Of a stretch of 16,336 bases of DNA, positions 1-8,913 are shown piece by piece. The position numbers and the translations under genes were made by a program. The DNA lies in the IMG/VR virus record IMGVR_UViG_3300045988_098925; one strand, given 5' to 3'. The stretch's first letter is position 1, and every line of letters starts with the position of its first letter. The notes under the pieces are model-generated. The model did not search any database. It saw only the letters and a program-made list of their open reading frames with translations, and had not been told where the DNA came from. This stretch comes from a virus.

Positions 1-301
1 TTTTAATACTTATTACAACACATATGCCCGAAATTTTTATGCATTTTTCCAACTTGACAAAAGCGCTTCATCCGACTAAAGTGTTAGTCCCGTCTAATTG
101 TCTACACAATTCAACAATTATTCACGTTTTCCTCCCGATTCACACACAATTTTTCCGTTTTATTAACTCATTTCACCCGAAAACGGACGGAAACCGCCAG
201 TTTGTCCGCGGGTCGCGGACACTTCGGAAACGGGGACTCACTTTAGTCCGGTAAAGTGTTCGCGTACGGCGGACACGGACGGTCGACATTATGTGTGTAA
301 T
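1..301. repeat. Left inverted terminal repeat (301 bp), genome terminus
   Basis: Positions 1-301 are the exact reverse complement of 16036-16336. Identity breaks at 302 (g) versus 16035 (t). The repeat starts at base 1 with TTTT. The two identical 76-aa ORFs in the track (24..254 + and 16083..16313 -) are a by-product of this repeat. Confidence 0.95.
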
Positions 302-333
302 GATGAAAATAGAATGATTAACAAAGTTAATTA

Positions 334-2235
334 TTAACTAAGTAAAATAGAATTGGATGTTCCTTGACGATGTTCAATCCAGTTTACAATTTGTGGAACA
401 TACCATTTAGAATACCCGGCAATATTAGGATGCAAACCATCACCATATGGATAGTTTTGATCTTTATACGTATACTTTCTAGCAATCTCCGGAATATAAG
501 TATTAAAGCCGCTATTTTTGTTAATATCAATTACATCAATACTATATTTTCTACAGCAAGCATAGATGGCATCAATATAATTTTCAAAAGTTACGTTATT
601 TTCATGAATATCGTTAGGATTTTTTACGCAACACAGATTAACTTTATGTACAATAACGAAAGCTTTTGGAATTTCTGGAAATCTGGTGTTCGCGTCTCGC
701 ATTAATTTTTCCAGTCCTCCGTAAAAAGTAGTCTGGTCGATAGCGGCATTGTAATCGTCAGTAATACGTCCTAACTCTACGTAATTGTTGTAATCATTGA
801 TACCACCCTCCATGATTAGCATTGTAATATCACTATCTAGCAATTTAATTGAATCACTGATTACAAACACATCGCTTCTGTCTTTTGCAATATGTCCGCC
901 GGAAACTGCGATATTGTTACTTGAAATTCCTAATTGCTTATCAACAATTCCGGAATAACCGCCGGAATATCCAAGGCCATAACAGATACTATCTCCTGTG
1001 TAACCAATTTTTTCAGAAATGCTTTGGTAATTTGTACTAACTTGTAAAGTAGTATTATTATCAATGTATGAATTAACATTTACACTACAGCAACCATCAG
1101 GGATTGCAACTTCTTCACAGCAATAAACTGTATCCGTTGTGGTCTTTGCAGTAGTCCCAATCACATTACCGTTATAGTCAATAAATTCCGCAACCGGAAG
1201 TAAAGAAGCGCCTTTCAGAAAACACGTAACTTTAATTTTCGTTCGCGGGGAAACTGGCACTCGTGCACTCATGTAAATATTGCTTGCATAAAAAATGTTA
1301 TTTGTTATATACCCTTTTAGAACATTAAGTGACGTTGGTTTATACGATTTTATGTAACAATTAGCAATTTGCAGAGATTCTGCGCTGTTTTCAAAATCTG
1401 CCGAATAATTATCATAGCACACACTTATGCAATTTGTAATAATATCATTAACATTATTAACGTCTTTGATTGTTACTCTTATGTACGATGTATTAGCAAG
1501 AAGTGTGTAAGTAGGTAAGTCACTTGAATGTTTTAATAAAGTTCCTTTATAGTCATACTCGAATAATTCATTAAAAAGTTTTCCGCGTTTGTCGTAGATA
1601 TGAATGTTTGTGCTTTTCACAGGAATTACGCTAGTTACTGCGGTTCTAGGTGCTGAGTATGCTGCATAAATATTCTGTTCAAAAGCCGTATATAGATTGA
1701 CTCCAAAAGTTAAATTTGTCAAATCAATTAAATTATACGGCAAACTTGTTGTAAAAGGCTTTCTATTTGCGATAGTTAGTGAAGAAAAGACATTATTTCC
1801 GGTTTCTTTCGAGTCACCAGCTGCATTTTCAACAGTTAAACTTTTATCAATAGGTGGGTTTGACGGGTTAGTAATATTTTTACTTAACCACTCACTCGTT
1901 TTATTTGCAATTTCTGGCGAAAATAAAGAAAGTAAGCTACCATCATCTGCCATTGACTGAATTTTCTTGTTTACTTCTTCCTGTACATCTAAGTTACTAA
2001 AGTAATTATTGATAAATTCATATAACGCCTTGTAACTTTTTACAAGTTCGTCCTGTGCATCAAACATTTCTTTGACCGTCTTAAAAAGAACAACAAATTT
2101 GTTTTCCAGACTCAACGTCCCGTTAAAATCATACGGAATCCCCCGTACACTTGCGACAACTTCACAAGCCTGCGTAATCATCTGACCGAAATCTGGCAAC
2201 GTAGGAAAATCTGGAATCGTTGGTTTATCTGCCAT
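334..2235 (-). CDS. Tail appendage / receptor-binding protein with C-terminal SGNH (GDSL) esterase domain
   Basis: 633-aa ORF, the last gene of the late operon, in the position of phi29 gp12. The N-terminus has a fibre-anchor-like motif (NLDVQEEVNKKIQSMADDGSL). The C-terminal ~210 aa carry the SGNH blocks in order: GDS (nt 988-996), VSGG, GGINDY and DGLHPN (nt ~424-444). The stop is TAA at 334-336. Confidence 0.8.
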   Translation of the reverse strand: MADKPTIPDFPTLPDFGQMITQACEVVASVRGIPYDFNGTLSLENKFVVLFKTVKEMFDAQDELVKSYKALYEFINNYFSNLDVQEEVNKKIQSMADDGSLLSLFSPEIANKTSEWLSKNITNPSNPPIDKSLTVENAAGDSKETGNNVFSSLTIANRKPFTTSLPYNLIDLTNLTFGVNLYTAFEQNIYAAYSAPRTAVTSVIPVKSTNIHIYDKRGKLFNELFEYDYKGTLLKHSSDLPTYTLLANTSYIRVTIKDVNNVNDIITNCISVCYDNYSADFENSAESLQIANCYIKSYKPTSLNVLKGYITNNIFYASNIYMSARVPVSPRTKIKVTCFLKGASLLPVAEFIDYNGNVIGTTAKTTTDTVYCCEEVAIPDGCCSVNVNSYIDNNTTLQVSTNYQSISEKIGYTGDSICYGLGYSGGYSGIVDKQLGISSNNIAVSGGHIAKDRSDVFVISDSIKLLDSDITMLIMEGGINDYNNYVELGRITDDYNAAIDQTTFYGGLEKLMRDANTRFPEIPKAFVIVHKVNLCCVKNPNDIHENNVTFENYIDAIYACCRKYSIDVIDINKNSGFNTYIPEIARKYTYKDQNYPYGDGLHPNIAGYSKWYVPQIVNWIEHRQGTSNSILLS

Positions 2236-2247
2236 TGCTATTCCTCC

Positions 2248-3006
2248 TTAATAAAATTGATAGAACAATTCTCTGCAATCATCGCAGATACGTTTGTTAA
2301 GATTAAGGATAGTATCTCGGAATCTCTGTACTTCTAATGAGTAACTACCGTCAAAACCCTCATCTTCAATCGTATCATTATTATCTGCATGATACGTGTC
2401 ATTACTGTTGGTTTTTGTCGTATTCTCTCCATTGCTTACCGCGCTATTATGGATGGTATTCTGTCCCCGTTCCATCGTAGATGCATAATTCGTTCCGGCG
2501 AAATTAATCTGCGGGTTGTCGGAATGGATATTTTGTGTATTGTTATTTGTATCGGCTGTCGTTGTGTTTTTCGCCGTGCTGTCTCCCGAGATCACACCTG
2601 TTCGAGTATCGTCTTTCGTACTTGTTACTTTTCGCGTACTCTTATGAGTGATAAGCGGGTCGTACTCAAAAGTAATACTCCTGTATAACTGCTCGTAATA
2701 TGGCATGTTAACCGTAAGGATTTTTTTCAGATGATACTGAAATTCACCAATCGTTTCCAACCCGATCTGTTCTCGAAAATACTGTAAACAGAACGTTTTT
2801 TCGAATGCCAGCTTTACAGCGGCATATTCCGGGGAATCGGCATCCGCATAGAAAGGAAAATCAAAATTGAACACCAACGCAACCGCTTTTTCGATCATAC
2901 CGTCAATGTTTTGCTTTTCGAGGGGATGGATGACGTTATCGGCAATGACCAACTGTTCAATGGTATTCGTCAGGGTTTTGGTTCCGTAGTCATATTCAAG
3001 AAACAT
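2248..3006 (-). CDS. Lower collar protein (phi29 gp11-like)
   Basis: Lies directly downstream of the portal gene, as gp11 does in phi29. The segment FCLQYFREQIGLETIGEFQYHLKKILTVNMPYYEQLY resembles my recollection of a lower-collar motif. I moved the start from 3039 to the ATG at 3006, which has AAGGAGGTG 6 nt upstream. The track ORF start would overlap the portal gene by 44 nt. Confidence 0.65.
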   Translation of the reverse strand: MFLEYDYGTKTLTNTIEQLVIADNVIHPLEKQNIDGMIEKAVALVFNFDFPFYADADSPEYAAVKLAFEKTFCLQYFREQIGLETIGEFQYHLKKILTVNMPYYEQLYRSITFEYDPLITHKSTRKVTSTKDDTRTGVISGDSTAKNTTTADTNNNTQNIHSDNPQINFAGTNYASTMERGQNTIHNSAVSNGENTTKTNSNDTYHADNNDTIEDEGFDGSYSLEVQRFRDTILNLNKRICDDCRELFYQFY

Positions 3007-3925
3007 TATCCACCTCCTTATCATCTTCTTTGTTGCCAAAAAAATCTGGTCGGTTAATCGGTGTTACCATCTTAGAATTAAAACGTACATGGATATTAAG
3101 ACCATACATATCATTGATAGCGTCTAATCCCCTCTGAATGGTAGCCAGATTCCCGTTTCTTGTCAACTCGATTTCTCCATCGTTGTAACTCGTTTCCGCG
3201 GAAACCAACCGTTCCGGTTTTTCAACGCCGCTTGCTTCGATTCCGAGATCAGCTAGACATTCTGCTACTTCTCTCTGCGCGGCGGTGTCAAGTTCGTTAA
3301 AAATTGGCTGTACTTTCAGATCAATCGTATCAATTTGAATCTGTTTTCGCAGATCGTTTTTGGCTTTGATAAACGGAATGTTTTTTACCCATTTTTGAAT
3401 AAAATTGTCAATGGATAACTTCTGCGTGCTATCCCCGCTGATTACTACAGGTGTCCTCTGTTGAATAACGTTAACCCGTGTTGACGCTTTTTTCTCCGCC
3501 AAACTTTGCGCATGAAGAATAATACTAAGAATTTCCGGCACGGCAAAAGGTCTTGCGAAAATCAACGCGCTTTCTTCTTTATCCGTCTGTTCATAATACT
3601 GTCCGTTCATGGCATAAGCAATCCAATCGGTAGGGATGCCGTAAATATCCGGTTCCCCAACCAGATTCACACCAAAAACGCCGAAAAGTCCGGTGATTGG
3701 TTCTTTTTTGAACAGACACATTCCCTGCCATAACAGATAGGAGTTGAGCATCCGCGGCGGAATCTCATCCGGTAAACCGTCATACTCATAACGTGATAAT
3801 GCTAAATTTACGAACTTGTCGAAAAAGTGGCGAAAATACATCTTTTCTTCCTGTGACGTATTCGGGTTGTTTTCCCATTGTCCCCACACTTCTTTGTTAC
3901 TCACCCGATACGGGTTATTATACAT
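2996..3925 (-). CDS. Portal / upper collar connector (phi29 gp10-like)
   Basis: 309 aa, the same length as phi29 gp10. Several blocks can be aligned to remembered gp10 sequence: [25 protein letters not shown] vs [42 protein letters not shown] vs KKERMVTDEVSSNDEQIE, and [14 protein letters not shown] vs INELYGLNVKVKFR. The RBS is AAGGAGGTGAT. Confidence 0.9.
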   Translation of the reverse strand: [309 protein letters not shown]

Positions 3926-3937
3926 GATATCACCTCC

Positions 3938-5503
3938 TTAATCATTGGAAAGACCATAGTTTCCGACATCGTCTGTGTGCCAGAATGTAACTCCTTTGTT
4001 AAACATTGCTTGCAAAAAGTTGATATCATCGGTGACACACGCGCCATGTAATCCGCAATTTACGGTTTTTACAAAATTCCATTTTGAACGTCCGGTGATA
4101 TTAGGGACTTTGATTCTATGCGTAGCATATCCGTACATCGTGAAATAATCGTCAATTACTTTCGCCATTTCCGGTGTTACACACATCGTCTTTAATGCAA
4201 TTGTATTGTTGAAAAGCGCAGTTTGCACATAACTTCCGGTAGCACTTCCTTTTGCTGTTGGCGGTATTAAATCGTGCTGTTCCATCTGCGCAGAAATATT
4301 TTCGCCAAACATAAAATTGCTTACAGTTTGACCGATACTGCTTTCGATGGCTTTTCCAAAATTTCCGCTTAACACATTTGCAATGGTTGAAATAACGCTT
4401 TTTCCTGTATCAATATACTGCTGTTTTGTCTGGTAGTCCCATATAGGCTGAGACTGAGCGAGCCATGCCTGATACGCGTCATTTGTCCACGCGCAGGACG
4501 GGAAATTGCTGTACACAAAACCATAGGGTGTGTTAGTAGTAGGTTCGTTTTTGTAATTTTTCGGACTGATATAAATGGACGGAATGTTTAACTTTACTCC
4601 CTGTCCATAAAAAGAAATTTTTTGGTCTTTGAAATATTCCAGTCGATACATATACTGGCTACCGTCATGTGCATCTACAATCAAATACGAAAAAGGATAT
4701 TGGAATAATTTTTTATTTTTTGGGGTGTATCCTGCCAGTGTTTCTGGAAAATGCATTGTAAATTCCTGTGGGGAATTTTCAAAGCATAACTGCGGAGCCT
4801 GGAAAATAGCTACAATAGCATCAGCATTTCCGCTTGTTGCATAAGCCTGTATTTTCTGTTTCATGGCATCAAAATTAACTGTGTTAAAATAAGTCAAACC
4901 AGACATGATTTTTTGATTTAATTCCGGTTCTAATGCAACCCCGTTTTCGTCCGCACTTGCAACAAGACAATAGTTCATCAATCCGAAACCCATACCAGCT
5001 GAACCATTTACAATGTATTCACCAGTTTCCAGATTTTCGGGGACTAAATTATCCCCGACTGCGTCATCTGCTTTCGCAACGTGTTCCCTCTCCACATAGC
5101 ACGGCTGTAATACCACATCGTAAAAATTGTTCTGGAAACGATCGGGTTCGAAATAAATCTTAAAACTTCCGTCACTCAACCATTCTACGCGCGTCACAAA
5201 CCCGAAATACCACTCTTCCGTATACGGCTTATTCTGGAAAGCAATGTAATTACATTTCAAAAACTCGCTCTCATTCCCTTTCCCCTTATACGTCAGTTCG
5301 CCCCACCTCACCGGGGCGGACTGTGTAAAAGTATGAATCGCTTTTTTCTTTACGTGCGCCAGACAACCCGCTTTTCCGTTTTCATAATATCTTACGTGTT
5401 CATAATCGTTTCCCCACTCAATTCCACTAGCTAAAATAACCGTGGTTTGCGGGGAAACTGCCGCCACATCGGATTGTGACGGCATTGGAATAAAATTATC
5501 CAT
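3938..5503 (-). CDS. Tail knob / distal tail tube protein (phi29 gp9-like)
   Basis: 521 aa. YIAFQNKPYTEEWYFGFVTRVEW...VEREHV matches remembered gp9 YIMFQNADYGNKWFYAFVTELEF...IVREHV. The C-terminus YGYATHRIKVPNITGRSKWNFVKT...GVTFWHTDDVGNY matches [24 protein letters not shown]...GITLWHTDNIGNY. Confidence 0.9.
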   Translation of the reverse strand: MDNFIPMPSQSDVAAVSPQTTVILASGIEWGNDYEHVRYYENGKAGCLAHVKKKAIHTFTQSAPVRWGELTYKGKGNESEFLKCNYIAFQNKPYTEEWYFGFVTRVEWLSDGSFKIYFEPDRFQNNFYDVVLQPCYVEREHVAKADDAVGDNLVPENLETGEYIVNGSAGMGFGLMNYCLVASADENGVALEPELNQKIMSGLTYFNTVNFDAMKQKIQAYATSGNADAIVAIFQAPQLCFENSPQEFTMHFPETLAGYTPKNKKLFQYPFSYLIVDAHDGSQYMYRLEYFKDQKISFYGQGVKLNIPSIYISPKNYKNEPTTNTPYGFVYSNFPSCAWTNDAYQAWLAQSQPIWDYQTKQQYIDTGKSVISTIANVLSGNFGKAIESSIGQTVSNFMFGENISAQMEQHDLIPPTAKGSATGSYVQTALFNNTIALKTMCVTPEMAKVIDDYFTMYGYATHRIKVPNITGRSKWNFVKTVNCGLHGACVTDDINFLQAMFNKGVTFWHTDDVGNYGLSND

Positions 5504-5519
5504 GTTTCCACCCTCTTAT

Positions 5520-6827
5520 TTAATCGGTCGTGAAATAAATTGTTGCTGTTTTGGACGAATCGTAACGACTGGTGATCACAACTTTAACACTATCTGTTTT
5601 ATTTGCTTTCGGTTTCAAATTCTTTTCATCTTTTGCAATTCGAAGAATTGTTGTGCCCGGAATAACAAACGTATCGGCAGAAGAGTTACCCTCTACTTTT
5701 ACGTCAATCGCTATATCAGCTACCCCTTTAGAAGTAACTGAAAAACTTCCACCGAAGTCGACATCTGTTCCAGCTTTCACCAGTCCCACGTCACTTGCGG
5801 TAATGGAAGAAACATCAACCGTCTCGGTCGTAAACACGATGATCGGATAAAACAGGGAATAAGAGAACATCTCTTTTACTGTATACGTACTGTTCCAACG
5901 CAGTCCGCGATTAACGTTATCCTGTACCATCATGCGGTACTGTTCTCGGATTTTGAAGAACCGTTTGTCAACCAGTACAGCCACGATACCATCAGCATCG
6001 TTAAAGTTATCAATTAAAACCTGCTGTGCTTTCGGAATCATCCGGTCGAGATTGTACGCGCTTGCATAACTGTCAACGTTCATCGCGGCTTTGGTATCTG
6101 GGTCGACAAACAGAAGAATGGTATCTTCTTTTGCCGCCGATGTCGCGCCAGCGAAATTATACAGCGGGTTCGGGAACTGAATCTTGTCAATATAGGACTG
6201 AATTTGTTTCGCCAGGGCATTAGCACTCTGCTGATCGGTAACTTTATCAACATGAACCGGATAAATCTGACCTGCGCGCTTTGCAGACGCAATCAGTTCT
6301 TTTGCAGTTGTGAACTCATCCCAATTACAAGCGGAAACAACACTTTCCACTTTTGCCTGCACCAGACTTCTGAGTCCGTAATCATCGAGAAACGCGCCGC
6401 GCATATCCTCAAACCAGATCGTTACCGGATAATCGTTATTAAAATTGATTACATGATACAGCGCCATAATGTAGCTGTCATAAATGGCGGTCGCATCTTC
6501 GATGCTGATATTGGCATCGTGCGCGTAACCCTGTGCAAAATTTACGTAGACTTCCTGTTCTCCGTTTCCATACGGCATAGCGTTACTGTTCAGCACACGA
6601 AGAGGATTTCGGAACGCTTCGGTACTGATGGATTGGCTGGCAATCAGATTTACCAGCGCAGGAACCAGTTCGTTCCGCGCCATCGGATTGTAAGGGTCGG
6701 TTAATGTTTTCGCAATATCGGCAATATTTTCTCGCGTTGCCACAGGAACTCTGTCACGGTAATCAACACTCATCGTCTGCCGAACGGCGTTCAGCATGTT
6801 AATATTTGTCATGTCAAGTTTTGCCAT
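5520..6827 (-). CDS. Major capsid protein (phi29 gp8-like) with C-terminal Ig-like domain
   Basis: 435 aa. DGIVAVLVDKRFFKIREQYRMMVQDNVNRGLRWNSTY matches remembered gp8 [37 protein letters not shown]. The N-terminal block VPVATRENIADI resembles VPLATANNVAEV. The beta-rich C-terminal ~100 aa sit where the gp8 BIG2 domain is. RBS AAAGGAGAG, stop TAA. Confidence 0.9.
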   Translation of the reverse strand: MAKLDMTNINMLNAVRQTMSVDYRDRVPVATRENIADIAKTLTDPYNPMARNELVPALVNLIASQSISTEAFRNPLRVLNSNAMPYGNGEQEVYVNFAQGYAHDANISIEDATAIYDSYIMALYHVINFNNDYPVTIWFEDMRGAFLDDYGLRSLVQAKVESVVSACNWDEFTTAKELIASAKRAGQIYPVHVDKVTDQQSANALAKQIQSYIDKIQFPNPLYNFAGATSAAKEDTILLFVDPDTKAAMNVDSYASAYNLDRMIPKAQQVLIDNFNDADGIVAVLVDKRFFKIREQYRMMVQDNVNRGLRWNSTYTVKEMFSYSLFYPIIVFTTETVDVSSITASDVGLVKAGTDVDFGGSFSVTSKGVADIAIDVKVEGNSSADTFVIPGTTILRIAKDEKNLKPKANKTDSVKVVITSRYDSSKTATIYFTTD

Positions 6828-6829
6828 TG

Positions 6830-7174
6830 TTACTCTCCTTTTCCGCTCATGATGAGCTGAGACATATCAAGATCATTGATACTTGTTGCGGTGTCTTCTG
6901 CTTCCGGCACTTTTCCGCCAAACTCGGTTACTTTTGTGATACTTCCGCCGTGGGAAAGATCAGACCAGCGGCTTTTGATTTCAGCAACGGCGGCATCATA
7001 CTTTTCTTTCAGTTCGTCCCGTTCTGCGACCAGCGCGTCACGTTCTGACATCAGAGCTCCGATGTCGGTATCTTCGGTTTTGATTTTTTCGCTGATGGCG
7101 GCAATCGCATCGCCATGCGTTTCGATATTTCCAATGTCGGCAACAATTTCTGTCCAATACTCTTCTAGTGTCAT
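6830..7174 (-). CDS. Scaffolding protein (gp7-like, by position and composition)
   Basis: 114-aa acidic protein rich in predicted coiled coil (ERDALVAERDELKEKYDAAVAEIKSR), immediately upstream of the capsid gene. RBS AAGGAGGT. No sequence motif was recognised. Confidence 0.55.
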   Translation of the reverse strand: MTLEEYWTEIVADIGNIETHGDAIAAISEKIKTEDTDIGALMSERDALVAERDELKEKYDAAVAEIKSRWSDLSHGGSITKVTEFGGKVPEAEDTATSINDLDMSQLIMSGKGE

Positions 7175-7175
7175 T

Positions 7176-8228
7176 TTAAAACCTCCTTTTTAAATTGGGA
7201 TATATCCAGATAGGCATTTTATGCCTTTTTGGTTTCATGGGATGGGGCGGCTCAGGCGGCTCGGGTTGTCCAGTTGACAAGTACCGATATACCATCACCG
7301 CGTTGTTCAAACGTTCGGAATCAGATAAATACCGATTCCCAACAATCCATCCGGTAATTGCAGAATCTTTCGCGTGTTCCGAAATAAAATTGAAACACGC
7401 ATGTGCTTTTTCCTGCCGGAACGCAAGTGTTCCATCGTCACTAATTCCCTCCCATCCTTTCATATAGGCGGAAGTCAGTGCGTTCAGATCGGTGCTGTCA
7501 CTGTGCAAAAACGCTTGTAGATTTTCGTAAGCACTAGCGGCTCCGACCGAATACCAGACATTTTCATAAATCAGATATTCTAACTGCGCGTTACCATCTT
7601 CCCGGCTGTACCCGTTGGAATCTAACCATTGGAACAACCGCGTCCGGCGGTCGGTGACGGCGTTATCCGTCCATTGTCCCAAACCATAACCGGGTGAACC
7701 GACAATCGTACCCTGCCACAAACCCGGATTAATGGTTGATTCCTGCCAGAAGTTGCCGCAGATGGCGGCAATCACATACTGGCTGATTCCGCTTTGTACC
7801 TCAACTGGGTATCGGTACAGATACGTCCAGGCACTATAGGGCGACACAAACGTATTGATGGACACCTGTCTGTCCAGTGGGTAGCTGTCTGTGTGCGCTC
7901 CCATGGTATATCCGCCGCCGTCTGCCGGGTCATATACCATTTCGGTATGCCCGGAACGCCACAAAATATCGCCTTTTTTCCAAGGCTGGTTTGCGGTTCC
8001 TTTCTGGAATCCCGCGCCGATCAGATACCCATCCATGCTACGAGTTGTAAACCACGGGTTTCTTGCCAAAAAACCACCTACTGTACAACAATAACTCATG
8101 AGGGACGAACAATCATAGTACGTAATACCTCCGACCGTTTTCCCCTCGCGATAAGTTTGTGAGTAACCAACGTTCGGTGCATTACAAATTTCGATACAAG
8201 TGTTATAAGCAAGCGTCAGATCAGCCAC
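7176..8228 (-). CDS. Tail-associated peptidoglycan hydrolase: N-terminal Amidase_5/NlpC-P60-like Cys-His domain plus gp13-like lysozyme domain
   Basis: 350 aa. The central and C-terminal part has [20 protein letters not shown]...GYGLGQWT (nt ~7737-7770 onward). This matches the remembered phi29 gp13 N-terminal lysozyme motif [21 protein letters not shown]...GFGLVQWT. The N-terminal part has YYDCSS...[16 protein letters not shown], paralogous to the endolysin catalytic domain. A GTG start at 8228 overlaps the endolysin TGA by 8 nt. The C-terminal tail is proline-rich and basic. Confidence 0.8.
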   Translation of the reverse strand: [350 protein letters not shown]

Positions 8229-8913
8229 GTGTCAGACCCTCTTTTGCTACATATCCGGTATAGACAATTCCATTAACGATAGCTTTCACAAGATACCATT
8301 CTCCGGTATAATACCCGTAGTTTCTAACACCGGTTCCGGCTGGCAACGTCAAAATGACCGTTTTGTCCATCCCTGCTCCTACGCGCAGATTATAACGATC
8401 GTTGGTATGATAGGCTCCGGCGATTTTCCGGTCAAAACTACGTGCGGACTCGGTCTTGATACATTTCTCAATAGGTTTCTGCGGCTTTTCGTTTTTTACA
8501 GCATACCGATAATGGACGGTATTCTCATACGGGAGATCATAATAAGACCGAACGCAGATTTCTTTTCCGGTCTGATCTCCCGTCTGACCATCAATCCCGC
8601 CGTTTTCGGACTGGCTGGCGTGAACGATGCGGTTCGCGTCAACCGACATCGTTACATGATGCCCGGCTGCAAGGTGGATATCACCGCGTTTCCACGGTTT
8701 GCCGCATTTTACGAAACCAGCGTTTACCAACTGTTCGCCGAGATTTCTTGTGGTACTGTACTGACTGACTGGAAACCCAGCTTTTGCAAGTGCCGTTCCG
8801 ACAAATGATGAACAATCATAATCAGGCCCATTCCGGTGTACCTGTGAGTAACCGTGGCGATCATCGGCGGCGATCTGTTCCTCCCATGCAACTGCGTTTT
8901 CGATTTTACTCAT
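8221..8913 (-). CDS. Endolysin: Amidase_5-like catalytic domain plus C-terminal SH3b-like wall-binding domain
   Basis: GPDYDCSSFVGTAL...PWKRGDIHLAAGHHVTM resembles the remembered Dp-1 Pal amidase pattern (DSYDCSS...RGDIF...GHTGM). The C-terminal YNLRVGAGMDKTVILTLPAGTGV...GEWYLVKAIVNG...GYV is SH3b-like. I moved the start to the ATG at 8913, which has TAGGAGGTG 6 nt upstream. The track start at 8922 is a GTG inside that RBS. Confidence 0.8.
   Translation of the reverse strand: MSKIENAVAWEEQIAADDRHGYSQVHRNGPDYDCSSFVGTALAKAGFPVSQYSTTRNLGEQLVNAGFVKCGKPWKRGDIHLAAGHHVTMSVDANRIVHASQSENGGIDGQTGDQTGKEICVRSYYDLPYENTVHYRYAVKNEKPQKPIEKCIKTESARSFDRKIAGAYHTNDRYNLRVGAGMDKTVILTLPAGTGVRNYGYYTGEWYLVKAIVNGIVYTGYVAKEGLTRG

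Noticed and set aside
24-254. 76-aa ORF in the left ITR, with an identical copy at 16083..16313 on the minus strand
   Set aside because: The two copies are identical only because they lie in the ITR. There is no Shine-Dalgarno site upstream of the ATG at 24. The ORF starts upstream of the only promoter-like element in the ITR. The sequence is better explained as origin or structured DNA.
6204-6704. Plus-strand ORFs antisense to the structural and replication genes (e.g. 364..705, 6204..6704, 8407..8808, 9666..10142, 11069..11428)
   Set aside because: All of them lie entirely within minus-strand genes that have clear homology or strong RBSs. None has an AGGAGG-type RBS, and their products are low-complexity and Cys/Arg/Phe-rich, as expected for shadow frames.
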